Below, piece after piece: positions 49,975-58,330 of a stretch of 64,000 nucleotides of DNA. The stretch covers positions 672,001 through 736,000 of the forward strand of contig CBDESU010000002.1 in the NCBI GenBank assembly GCA_965242695.1, written 5' to 3'. The notes under the pieces were generated by a model. The model was not told the DNA's origin, did not search any database, and was given only the letters and a program-made list of their open reading frames with translations. The stretch's first letter is position 1; the number at the start of each line of letters is the position of its first letter. The stretch comes from Cenarchaeum sp. (GTDB lineage Archaea > Thermoproteota > Nitrososphaeria > Nitrososphaerales > Nitrosopumilaceae). The position numbers and the translations under genes are program-made.

Positions 49975-50388
49975 CTACTCCTCCCCGCGGCCGCCGCCCT
50001 CCGGCCAGAGGCCCTGCCGCCCGATCTCGATTGGCCTGTCTATCGCCACATGGGCGGCCTTGCCGAGCCCGTCCATCTCGAGCTCAAACCTCATCGAGTA
50101 GAGCATCTCTGGCACGCCGACCATTACGTTGTGCGGCTCGAGCATGCCGCGCGCATCCTCGGCTATCCGCCGCCCGTCCCTGCCGTCCCCGACCGACACG
50201 GCAACGTAGGCTGCGAACATCAGCAGGGCATCGTTGACGTTGAGCCGCATGCCGCGCGCGAGCATGTCCCTGATCCTGCCCGCCGAGGCGGCAAGCACGT
50301 CGTCGTCAAGACCCGCATACTCGAACACCCTGCGAAGCGGGGCTGCGTGCGGCCCGGCCTCGGCGGCCGTGACCGCGATGCGCATCAT
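49975..50388 (-). CDS. Divergent urease gamma subunit (UreA)-like protein
   Basis: ARGMRLNVNDAL...DGRD...VMVGVPEML aligns with [10 protein letters not shown]...DGRS...VLPGVPEMI of ureA at 57657. Confidence 0.75.
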   Translation of the reverse strand: MMRIAVTAAEAGPHAAPLRRVFEYAGLDDDVLAASAGRIRDMLARGMRLNVNDALLMFAAYVAVSVGDGRDGRRIAEDARGMLEPHNVMVGVPEMLYSMRFELEMDGLGKAAHVAIDRPIEIGRQGLWPEGGGRGEE

Positions 50389-51500
50389 CCCCTCTTGGGG
50401 ATCACGGCGCGGGGCCCGCCAAAGCTGTACGTGTTCCCCGTCCCCCTGTAGTCGCGCGGCCTGACCGGATCGCCCCCCTCCAGCCCGCGCTTCGTGAGCG
50501 ACAGGCCGGCGAGCAGCTCTACGATCAGCCGCTGGCCTAGGCCCGACGTTATGCCCCCGTTGTACGAACTGTTGTCGCTAACGTCGTACGCCGGCGCGAC
50601 CTCGACGAGGTCCATGGCGAACCTGTCCGGGTCGAACGACTTTGAGAGCAGGCGGATCATCCGTATGCCCTCCCTCGACGTCAGGCCGTTCGGCTCGGGC
50701 TCGCCCGTGCCGGGCGCGTACGCCGGATCGAACGAGTCGATGTCCCAGCTCAGGTACACCGCGTCGGTGCCGTCGTTGGCCCTGTCGGCGATCTCCTTTG
50801 CGATGTAGTCGATGCCGAGCTCCTCGACGTCGAGCATCGTAAACCACTGAAAGTCCTGGTCGGACATCCACTTGTACAGGTCGGGCCCCGGCCAGTACCC
50901 GCGCGGCCCCACTAGCGAGTAGTTCCTGCCCCTCAGGCACCCGATCTCCATGATCCTCCTAATGTGCGCGCCGTGGTCGTACTTGTACCCCGTCAGCCCC
51001 TGCGGGGCGCAGTCCGCGTGGGTGTCGAAGTGGATCATGCCGATGTTCTTGTACTTTTTGGCGAACGCCCGCACGTTGGCGTACGTGATCGAGTGGTCGC
51101 CGCCGAGCATGACGGGGATGCCGTCCTGCTCGAGCACCTCCTTTACCTTTACGGTCATCCTCTTGTGCGACTCGATGACGTCGCCGGGCGAGACCTGCAC
51201 ATCCCCGTAGTCGACCGTCCTGAACGTCCCGAACGGGTCGGCGCCGGTCTCTATGTTGAACCTCTCGTACGGCGGCGACGGTATCGTGGATGCGGCCCTG
51301 AGGGCGCGCGGCCCGTACCTTGCGCCCGGCCGTATCGTCGTGCCAAAGTCGAACGGCTCCCCTATTATGGCCACATCGGGCCTCGCCTCGACGAGCTGCT
51401 CGCGCGTCTGCACCCACGGCAGGTGCAGGAACGTGTTGATCCCGACGAACGGCGCCACGTCGGCGCCGCGGTACGCGTCGCCGTAGAACTCCATGCCCAT
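50385..51500 (-). CDS. Ureohydrolase (agmatinase/arginase superfamily), substrate unknown
   Basis: RPGARYGP, GGDHSI, DTHAD, WDIDSFDP, PGTGEPEPNGL, DLVEVAP. Confidence 0.92.
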   Translation of the reverse strand: MGMEFYGDAYRGADVAPFVGINTFLHLPWVQTREQLVEARPDVAIIGEPFDFGTTIRPGARYGPRALRAASTIPSPPYERFNIETGADPFGTFRTVDYGDVQVSPGDVIESHKRMTVKVKEVLEQDGIPVMLGGDHSITYANVRAFAKKYKNIGMIHFDTHADCAPQGLTGYKYDHGAHIRRIMEIGCLRGRNYSLVGPRGYWPGPDLYKWMSDQDFQWFTMLDVEELGIDYIAKEIADRANDGTDAVYLSWDIDSFDPAYAPGTGEPEPNGLTSREGIRMIRLLSKSFDPDRFAMDLVEVAPAYDVSDNSSYNGGITSGLGQRLIVELLAGLSLTKRGLEGGDPVRPRDYRGTGNTYSFGGPRAVIPKRG

Positions 51501-51544
51501 GCGAACCGCACCACGCTACGGCCGGCATATACATAAGGAATCCA

Positions 51545-51555
51545 CGTAAAGTACG
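51545..51555. promoter_or_regulatory. CGTA-N3-TACG palindrome (also 52910-52920 and 56721-56731; near-match 56688-56698)
   Basis: cgtaaagtacg / cgtattgtacg / cgtatagtacg, each intergenic next to a TATA-like box. Confidence 0.55.
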
Positions 51556-51606
51556 CACGCGCGCCGGCCGGGGCACTGGTTAAATGCAGGCGCGGCAATT
51601 CCCTGC

Positions 51607-52878
51607 GTGGCGGGATCCGCGGGGGGCGAGTGGGCGCTGATCGCCGAGGGGCGCCGCTGGGAGGGGTACGGCGAGTTTCAAAGGGCCGCCTCGTGCTTTG
51701 AGAGGGCCCTGCGCATCGACGCGCGCAACGCCGTCGCGCTGCTGCGCCTCGGGCACGCGCTGTACGGGTGCGAGAGGTTCTCGGACGCCGAGGCGCGCTT
51801 TTCCGAGGCCCTCGCCGAGGCGCCGCGCGGGATCGACGCGCTGTACGGCCGCGGCCTTGCCCTTGAAAAGCTAGGCCGCTTCGAGGAGGCGGCCGGGTGC
51901 TTTGCGGCCGTCTCCGAGATCGACGCCTCGTACTCTGACGCGCAGTCCTGCAGGGCATCGTGCCTGAGCGGCGCAGGCCGCCACGCCGAGGCGCTGCGGC
52001 TCGTCGACGAGGCCCTAACGTCGCGGCCGGGCGATTCGTCCGCCGCCTTCTACTGCAAGAGCCGCATCCTGGGCAGGATGGGGCGCGCAAAAGAGTCCGT
52101 GTCGTGCCTTGAGGAGGCCATACGCGAGGACTCGAGGCGCTCTGCCGAAAGGTACGAGGAGGGCGCGGCCCTGGCCCGGCGCGGCAGGCACGAGGATGCG
52201 ATCGCGCTGTACACGGAGGCCATCAGGCTGGACCCAAAGAACACGCGCGCCCTTGTCGCAAAGGGCTGGACGCTGGACTTGGCCGGCCTCCCGCCCAAGG
52301 AGGCCGTGGCCTACTTTGACAGGGCGCTGGCCGTCGATCCGCGCTGCCACGAGGCGCTCATCAACAAGGGCATACTGTACGACCGCACGGGCCTCTACAA
52401 GAAGGCCGTCGAGTGCTTTGACCGCGTGCTCGGCGACGATCCGGCCAGCGCAAGGGCCATGTACAGCAAGGCCGTCTCCCTGTTCGGCCTAAACCAAAAG
52501 GCCGCGGCCGTGTTCTTCTGCGAGAGCGCCATCCGGCTCGACCCGACGAACGTAAAGGCGCTGTGCAGCATGGTATGGATACTCGAGCACAGCAAGAGGT
52601 ACGCCGACGCGCTCGCCTACTGCGACAGGGCCCTTGCCGAGGACCCCGGCTACGCCTACGCGGCGAGCTATCGCGGCAAGCTGCTCCTGCTCCTCGGCAG
52701 GCACGACGAGGCCCTCTCGCAGTACGACAGGGCGCTAGAGCTCGACCCCGGCAACCGCACCGCCATCTACCACCGCGACAGGGCCCTCGAAAAGGTAGAG
52801 GCGGAGGAGCGGCGGCGGGGCGGCGGGGCGCCGCGGCTGCGGCGGCTGTTTGGCCGCCCCGGGCCGGCGGCCGCGTAG
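51607..52878 (+). CDS. Tetratricopeptide repeat protein
   Basis: Multiple 34-aa repeats (A..YFDRALAVDP, KG..L, ALELDP). Confidence 0.9.
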   Translation: MAGSAGGEWALIAEGRRWEGYGEFQRAASCFERALRIDARNAVALLRLGHALYGCERFSDAEARFSEALAEAPRGIDALYGRGLALEKLGRFEEAAGCFAAVSEIDASYSDAQSCRASCLSGAGRHAEALRLVDEALTSRPGDSSAAFYCKSRILGRMGRAKESVSCLEEAIREDSRRSAERYEEGAALARRGRHEDAIALYTEAIRLDPKNTRALVAKGWTLDLAGLPPKEAVAYFDRALAVDPRCHEALINKGILYDRTGLYKKAVECFDRVLGDDPASARAMYSKAVSLFGLNQKAAAVFFCESAIRLDPTNVKALCSMVWILEHSKRYADALAYCDRALAEDPGYAYAASYRGKLLLLLGRHDEALSQYDRALELDPGNRTAIYHRDRALEKVEAEERRRGGGAPRLRRLFGRPGPAAA

Positions 52879-52974
52879 CGCCGGCGGCCGCGCGGCGCGC
52901 CGGAAAATGCGTATTGTACGCACGCCCCGCCCGCCCGAAAAAAGCCTTAAATCAAACCGCCGCACTTGCGGGGC

Positions 52975-53229
52975 ATGGTTCAAGTCTCGACGGCCGAGGA
53001 CATCGACAGGGAGTCGCGCAGGGTGATCGCCTCGCTCTACGGCGACGGCGTGTCGGACTTTCGCGTCAACGAGTCGTTTGCGGTGCCCGAAAAGGGGCCG
53101 CGCGAGGCGTGGGACGTGCAGGTCAACTTCATGCTCAACGGCCTAAAGTACACCGTCGACCTGGAGATACAGGAAAAGGACTGCCAGGTGACCAACGCGC
53201 GCCTGATCGACACGATGACCCCCCTGTAG
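52975..53229 (+). CDS. Small hypothetical protein
   Basis: MVQVSTAEDIDRESRR...; TTAAAT box about 25 nt upstream; typical codon usage. Confidence 0.75.
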   Translation: MVQVSTAEDIDRESRRVIASLYGDGVSDFRVNESFAVPEKGPREAWDVQVNFMLNGLKYTVDLEIQEKDCQVTNARLIDTMTPL

Positions 53230-53264
53230 TTTTTTGCGTGCGGCCGCGGGCGGGCGGCCCCTGC

Positions 53265-54977
53265 CTAGTAGTGGTGGTGCATCTGCCGCTGCTCGAGCCC
53301 CTCCTGCTCCCAGTGGCTGTGGTTCCTGCCGGGATCCTTGTGCGCGTGGACCGTCCCGTCTATGTGGCAGTGGGTGTTGTCGATGAGGTCCTTTACGAAC
53401 ACGTCGTCGACGTTGAGGATCAGGGCGGCCGTCTCGACGGCCGACTTTAGCACCTGCCTCTTGACGGCGGCCGTCTCGACGACGCCCGACCCCGACATGT
53501 CGGCGACCCTCCTCGCAGACGAGTCTATGCCGTGCCAGCAGCGGGCGGGGCCCCCGCCTGCCTCCGCCCCGCCGCCTCGCCGGGCGTGCTCCGACCTGAG
53601 CCTGGGCAGGGCGTCGAGCGGGCTCATCCCGACGTTCCCTGCAAGGGTCGCCGGGACCTCCTCGAGTGCATCGGCGACGCGCGATGCGGCAAGCTGCCGC
53701 TTGCCCTCGAGCGAGACGGCGCGCTCCCTGACGTCGCGCGCCATGGCGGCCTCGCATGCGCCCCCGCCGAAGACGACGTACGGCCTCTCGATATAGTTGC
53801 GGAGGACAAAGATCGCGCTCTTTGCCGTCCGGTGGAACTCGTCAAGGTGCTCCTTTGAGACCGCCCGCAGCAGCAGCGTGACCGACCGGGGCCTCTCGGA
53901 CTCGACGAACACCATCCTGTCGCCGCCGACGCTGCGCTCGTACACGCGGGATGCGAAGCCGAGCTCTTCCTCGGATATGTCCTCTACGCTGCGGCACGTC
54001 CTTGCGCCGGTCGCCTTTTCGAGCCACCACAGGTCGTTGTACTTTGCCCTGCGCACGGAGACAATGCCCTCGGCGGCGAGCATCTCTTGGGCGCGCGCGC
54101 CGATCCCCTTCCTTGATATGACCACCCTGGCGCCCGACTCGACGACCCTTCTTGCGAGCATCGCCACATTGGCGCCCTCTTGCAGGGCGAACTGCGCCAT
54201 GTTGTTCGGCGACGTCACTATGATCTCGGACTCTGTCCTTGTCCTGGTCGCCTCCAGCTCGTCGTTGATCAGCAGCACCTTTGCGTCCCTGACGGCGCGG
54301 GGCATGGCCGGGCTGTCCACGGGCTTGTCGATAACGGTCCCCATGACCAGCTCTATGCGCTCCGAGCCGCCCCGCTTTTCCTCGATCTTGATGTCGTCGA
54401 CGTCGACCGCGCCGGCGCGCGCATCGTGCACGGCCGAGACCGCGCCGACGACGGCATCGCGCACGGACTCCCTGTCGGCCATCGAGTCGAATATCGCCTT
54501 GCCCGAGAGGCAGGTGTCGACGAGGCTGTTCATCGTCGCAGCGTCCGCGCCCCCCGCCCGCACCTCCATCCCGTCGAGCGACTCTAGGGCGAACTCGAGA
54601 CCCGCCTCGAACCCGTCGATTATGGATGCCGTCGGCACGCCGGAGGCGCGCAGGTGCTGCGCGTGGCCGAGCAGGGCGCCGATCAGGACGGCCGCCGTCG
54701 CCGTGCCGTCGCCGACGTGCGTGTCGACGGCATTGACCCCCTCGACGACGGCCTTTGCCGCCGGATGGTCCACGTCGAGCTTGCGCAGGAACGCCCCACC
54801 GTGCTTTGTAATCGTCGCCTCGCCGAGTATGTCGATGTACACCTTTTCCATGCCCCTGGGGCCGAGCGACGTCCTTACGGTGTCCGCGGCCAGGCGAGCT
54901 GCCACCAGGTTGTACGCCTGCGACTCGCGCGCGCCGATCCTGGACAGCTCGGGGTTGAATATGTCGGGATACTTCAT
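53265..54977 (-). CDS. Divergent group II chaperonin (thermosome-like) with His/Cys-rich C-terminal tail
   Basis: SLGPRGMEK, DVDHPAAK, GDGTAT, DDIKIEEK, GGGACE; tail HCHIDGTVHAHKDPGRNHSHWEQEGLEQRQMHHHY. Confidence 0.9.
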   Translation of the reverse strand: MKYPDIFNPELSRIGARESQAYNLVAARLAADTVRTSLGPRGMEKVYIDILGEATITKHGGAFLRKLDVDHPAAKAVVEGVNAVDTHVGDGTATAAVLIGALLGHAQHLRASGVPTASIIDGFEAGLEFALESLDGMEVRAGGADAATMNSLVDTCLSGKAIFDSMADRESVRDAVVGAVSAVHDARAGAVDVDDIKIEEKRGGSERIELVMGTVIDKPVDSPAMPRAVRDAKVLLINDELEATRTRTESEIIVTSPNNMAQFALQEGANVAMLARRVVESGARVVISRKGIGARAQEMLAAEGIVSVRRAKYNDLWWLEKATGARTCRSVEDISEEELGFASRVYERSVGGDRMVFVESERPRSVTLLLRAVSKEHLDEFHRTAKSAIFVLRNYIERPYVVFGGGACEAAMARDVRERAVSLEGKRQLAASRVADALEEVPATLAGNVGMSPLDALPRLRSEHARRGGGAEAGGGPARCWHGIDSSARRVADMSGSGVVETAAVKRQVLKSAVETAALILNVDDVFVKDLIDNTHCHIDGTVHAHKDPGRNHSHWEQEGLEQRQMHHHY

Positions 54978-55027
54978 CGCTCGCTCGCCCCCTGCGCCCG
55001 CTCCCGCCAAATGGCGGGCGGGCCCCG

Positions 55028-56644
55028 CTACGCCGCCCTGGCCTCCGCCGGCGCCCGCTGGCCCGGCCTTGCCTCCGGCCTGTCCGCCCCCTCGTCCCCT
55101 CCGGCATCGTCCCCGCCGAGCCCCGACGTCATAAAGCCGCTCTTGAAGTGCTTGAGGTCCTCGCCGGCGATCACATCCTCCTCGGGCGGGACATAGTCCC
55201 TCACGTCGTGCCGGGCCTTTCCGGGGTACCTGCCCTGCGTCGCGAGCGCCACCGCTATGAACACCAGGAACGAGACCATGGCGGCGACCATCGTGTCGAG
55301 CCCGACCAGATCCTCGGGTATGGCAAAGAAGAGGTACAGCCTGAGGAACGAGCCGACGAGGAGGGCGGCCACGGCGGCCGGCATGTTCGACTTTTTCCAG
55401 AACAGGCCGAACGTGAGCGGCGCGAGCGCGCCGGCGAACATGATGTCGAACGCGAGCACAAGGTAGACGCCGGGCGCCGGCACGAGGTAGCCGAGCGTCG
55501 CGCCGGCGGCCATCATCGGTATTATGGCCACGCGCGTCATCAGGAGCAGCCTCCTGTCGCTCGTGCCCGGCCGGCCTAGCCACCTCCTCTGGATTATGCG
55601 GACAGCCAGGTTGCGCGAGACGACGCTCGATATGGCCAGCAGGCCGCCGCTTGCCGTCGACATCGACGCGCCGACGACGCCCATCAGTATGGCGGCCCCT
55701 ATCGCGAACGGCAGGTGCTCGGTCGCCAGTATGGGCAGGACCAGGTCGGGCAGCGTGTCGGCGGGGAGGTAGTAGAGCGCGACGATGCCGAGCATGCTCG
55801 TCGGGACGACCGTGAACAGGGTCAGGGCCCCGCCCATGAAGGCGCCGCGCCGCGCCACCTTTGGGCTCTTTGCGGCAAACACCCTCTCCATAAAGTCGAG
55901 CGCGATGATGTCCCCGAGGCCGAGCGCGAGTATGGTCGCCCAGCTTATCAGCGCGCCGTTGCCCACGTCGAAGAGGCCTGACAGGTCCACCGCCGCTGCC
56001 GGCGCGCTCCCGTAGATGACGTCCCACGGCGCGTCGGCGAACCCGCCGGCGAAGAATATGAAGCCGGCCCAGAACGCGGCGATCGCCAGGTACACCTGGA
56101 AGAGGTTCGTGTACGCCGATGCGAACAGCCCGCCGGCCGAGGTGTACACCAGGACGACCAGCGCCGATATCAGTATGCCCCAAAAGTAGTCTATCCCGAA
56201 TACGGTCTCCATGATGAACCCACTTGCGGCCAGGTTGCCGGCCACCAGTATGGTAAAGCTGATGATCATCAGGACGCTCGATATGCCCTCGGCCCCGTTG
56301 CCGAACCGCCTGAAGTAAAAGTCCGGCAGGGTGATCATCGACATGCGGTTGAGCGGCCGCGCAAAGAACGCGGCCGTGACGAGCAGGCATATGCCGAGCC
56401 CTATGGGGACCGTCGCGCCGGCCCAGAACCCGAACTCGAAGACGAGCGCCGCGTTGCCGAGCGTGGAGTTGCCGTCGACGGCCTGCGCGGCGAGCATCGT
56501 GCCGACCATCACGAGGGGGAGGCTCTTGCCGGCCACGATGAGGCGCTTGCCGCTCTTCCTGACGAGCCTGCCGGCGAGGACGCCGACGGCGAGCGTCAGC
56601 ACGATGAACGCGGTGATCGCGATGCCGAAGCCGTCAAACTCCAT
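55028..56644 (-). CDS. Sodium:solute symporter (SSS) family transporter, non-DUR3 type
   Basis: AGKSLP, TLPDFYFRRFG, YTSAGGL, GASMSTASG; about 13 TM. Confidence 0.9.
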   Translation of the reverse strand: MEFDGFGIAITAFIVLTLAVGVLAGRLVRKSGKRLIVAGKSLPLVMVGTMLAAQAVDGNSTLGNAALVFEFGFWAGATVPIGLGICLLVTAAFFARPLNRMSMITLPDFYFRRFGNGAEGISSVLMIISFTILVAGNLAASGFIMETVFGIDYFWGILISALVVLVYTSAGGLFASAYTNLFQVYLAIAAFWAGFIFFAGGFADAPWDVIYGSAPAAAVDLSGLFDVGNGALISWATILALGLGDIIALDFMERVFAAKSPKVARRGAFMGGALTLFTVVPTSMLGIVALYYLPADTLPDLVLPILATEHLPFAIGAAILMGVVGASMSTASGGLLAISSVVSRNLAVRIIQRRWLGRPGTSDRRLLLMTRVAIIPMMAAGATLGYLVPAPGVYLVLAFDIMFAGALAPLTFGLFWKKSNMPAAVAALLVGSFLRLYLFFAIPEDLVGLDTMVAAMVSFLVFIAVALATQGRYPGKARHDVRDYVPPEEDVIAGEDLKHFKSGFMTSGLGGDDAGGDEGADRPEARPGQRAPAEARAA

Positions 56645-56818
56645 CGGCAGGAATTGCCCGCCGTTTATTTAACCATTGAAAAATTTCAGTAAAGTACGTC
56701 TTTAGGCACGAAAGGCGGAGCGTATAGTACGAAAACGCCGGATCCGCCGGCAGAATCGGGCGGAATCCGCCGCACGCCGGCTCGGATCCTTTTATCGCAC
56801 GGCGCCGCGCCCCCTGGC

Positions 56819-57034
56819 GTGGACAAGCAGTTTGCGTTCGCCGTGATCCTGATAATCCTGGGATTCGGGCTCACGCAGGCCGGCGGCGAGGACGAGCCGT
56901 TCCTGGCCGGCCTAGGGTTCGGACTCGTCGTGATAGCCTCGGTGTGGATCGCCGTCCGGATCGTCCGCGAGTACCGCGGGGGCGGCGGGGGCGGCGGGGG
57001 CGGCGGCCCAGGCCCCGCGCCTGGCCAAAAATGA
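56819..57034 (+). CDS. Small 2-TM membrane protein
   Basis: Two hydrophobic helices; TTTAT box upstream. Confidence 0.6.
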   Translation: MDKQFAFAVILIILGFGLTQAGGEDEPFLAGLGFGLVVIASVWIAVRIVREYRGGGGGGGGGGPGPAPGQK

Positions 57035-57061
57035 TTTAAAGAAGCCGGCTATTTCCCGGCG

Positions 57062-57583
57062 ATGCCCAAGAACGGCTACTCGACGCTGGGGCTCAAGCCG
57101 GGCACGTTCTCACTCCTCGAGAGCCTCACCGACACGTTCTACCCGGGCATGTTCCTGCCGAGCACCCTGATCATGCTCATGAACGAGGTCAGGCGGGGGT
57201 CGTACCAGGTCAGCATGCACCCCGTGCAGGTCAGCAGGTCGGGGCGCTACAAGACGCTGACGGTCCGCTCCGACGTCCGCGCGTGGCTCGAGGAGACGTA
57301 CGAGGAGAACTCGACGGCGTACAAGGGCAGGTACCATACAAAGTGCTTTGCCCACTTTGTGAGCTACTTTGTGGCCAACCTCTTCAAGTCAAAGTTCGAG
57401 GCGCAGCACAACGTGATAAAGCTCAAGGAGTCCGACTTTACGTGGCTCCACGACGAGTACCAGAAGCACAGAAAGGCCGACGGCGACCCCTACGACACGT
57501 CGTCGTTCGAGCGGTTCGCCGACTCGTACGTCAACGACCTCCTCGGCAAGGTGAGGGCCGCAAGGGAGATGCTCGCCGCATGA
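57062..57583 (+). CDS. Hypothetical protein, possibly tandem ribbon-helix-helix-like
   Basis: Typical codon usage, TTTAAA box upstream; three strand-helix-helix-like units. Confidence 0.7.
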   Translation: MPKNGYSTLGLKPGTFSLLESLTDTFYPGMFLPSTLIMLMNEVRRGSYQVSMHPVQVSRSGRYKTLTVRSDVRAWLEETYEENSTAYKGRYHTKCFAHFVSYFVANLFKSKFEAQHNVIKLKESDFTWLHDEYQKHRKADGDPYDTSSFERFADSYVNDLLGKVRAAREMLAA

Positions 57584-57656
57584 CGGCCCCCGCCCCCCGC
57601 CCCCCGCCCCGCGCCCCCTCAATGCACAAATACACCGCCGCCCTGCCGCGCATCGG

Positions 57657-57959
57657 ATGATCTTCACCCAGGGCGAGGCCGAGAAGATGCAGGTGTTCGT
57701 CGCAGCCGAGATCGCCCGGCGCCGCCGCGGCCGCGGCCTAAAGCTGAACCACCCAGAGGCCGTCGCGCTGATCGCCGACCACATACTCGAGGGGGCCAGG
57801 GACGGCAGGTCGGTGCCCGAGCTTGCAAGCTCGGGCCGCTCCGTGCTCGCGCGCGGCGACGTCCTGCCGGGAGTGCCCGAGATGATCCGCTCCGTCCAGG
57901 TGGAGGCTACGTTTGAGGACGGCACAAAGCTCGTCACGGTCCACGATCCGATAGTGTGA
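57657..57959 (+). CDS. ureA: Urease subunit gamma
   Basis: [26 protein letters not shown]. Confidence 0.97.
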   Translation: MIFTQGEAEKMQVFVAAEIARRRRGRGLKLNHPEAVALIADHILEGARDGRSVPELASSGRSVLARGDVLPGVPEMIRSVQVEATFEDGTKLVTVHDPIV

Positions 57960-58327
57960 TGCCCATGATCCCCGGCGAGTACTTTCTGGGAGACGGCGAC
58001 ATCGCCGCCAACGAGGGGCGCCCGACCGTCACGGTCAGGGTCGCCAACACGGGCGACCGGCCCGTGCAGGTCGGCTCGCACGCGCACTTCTTCGAGGTCA
58101 ACAAGGCGCTATCGTTCCCGCGGGCCGACGCGTACGGGTTCCACCTGAACATACCGGCGGGCACGTCGGTGCGCTTCGAGCCGGGCGACGAGCGCGACGT
58201 GGAGCTTGTCGGGTACGGCGGGCGCCGCACCGTGCACGGGTTCAGCGGCCTGGTCCGCGGCCCGCTCGACGAGAGGCGCGATGCCGCGATGCGGGCGGCC
58301 CGGGAGGGCCGCTTCAAGGGGGTGTAG
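57959..58327 (+). CDS. ureB: Urease subunit beta
   Basis: [26 protein letters not shown]. Confidence 0.97.
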   Translation: MPMIPGEYFLGDGDIAANEGRPTVTVRVANTGDRPVQVGSHAHFFEVNKALSFPRADAYGFHLNIPAGTSVRFEPGDERDVELVGYGGRRTVHGFSGLVRGPLDERRDAAMRAAREGRFKGV

Positions 58328-58330
58328 GCG

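Noticed and set aside
50385-51500. Calling the enzyme guanidinase (gdmH) or speB
   Set aside because: It lacks the PGTG-W-PE signature of GdmH and the PGTG-T-PE of typical agmatinase, so substrate cannot be assigned by eye
51500-51606. Guanidine-I/III riboswitch before the ureohydrolase (or before the SSS gene)
   Set aside because: TATA-like boxes lie about 20-35 nt from the start codons, leaving no room, and no ykkC consensus is visible
53265-56390. 1041-aa ORF as a transporter-chaperonin fusion
   Set aside because: The N-terminal part is an off-frame shadow of the SSS gene; the chaperonin starts at ATG 54977
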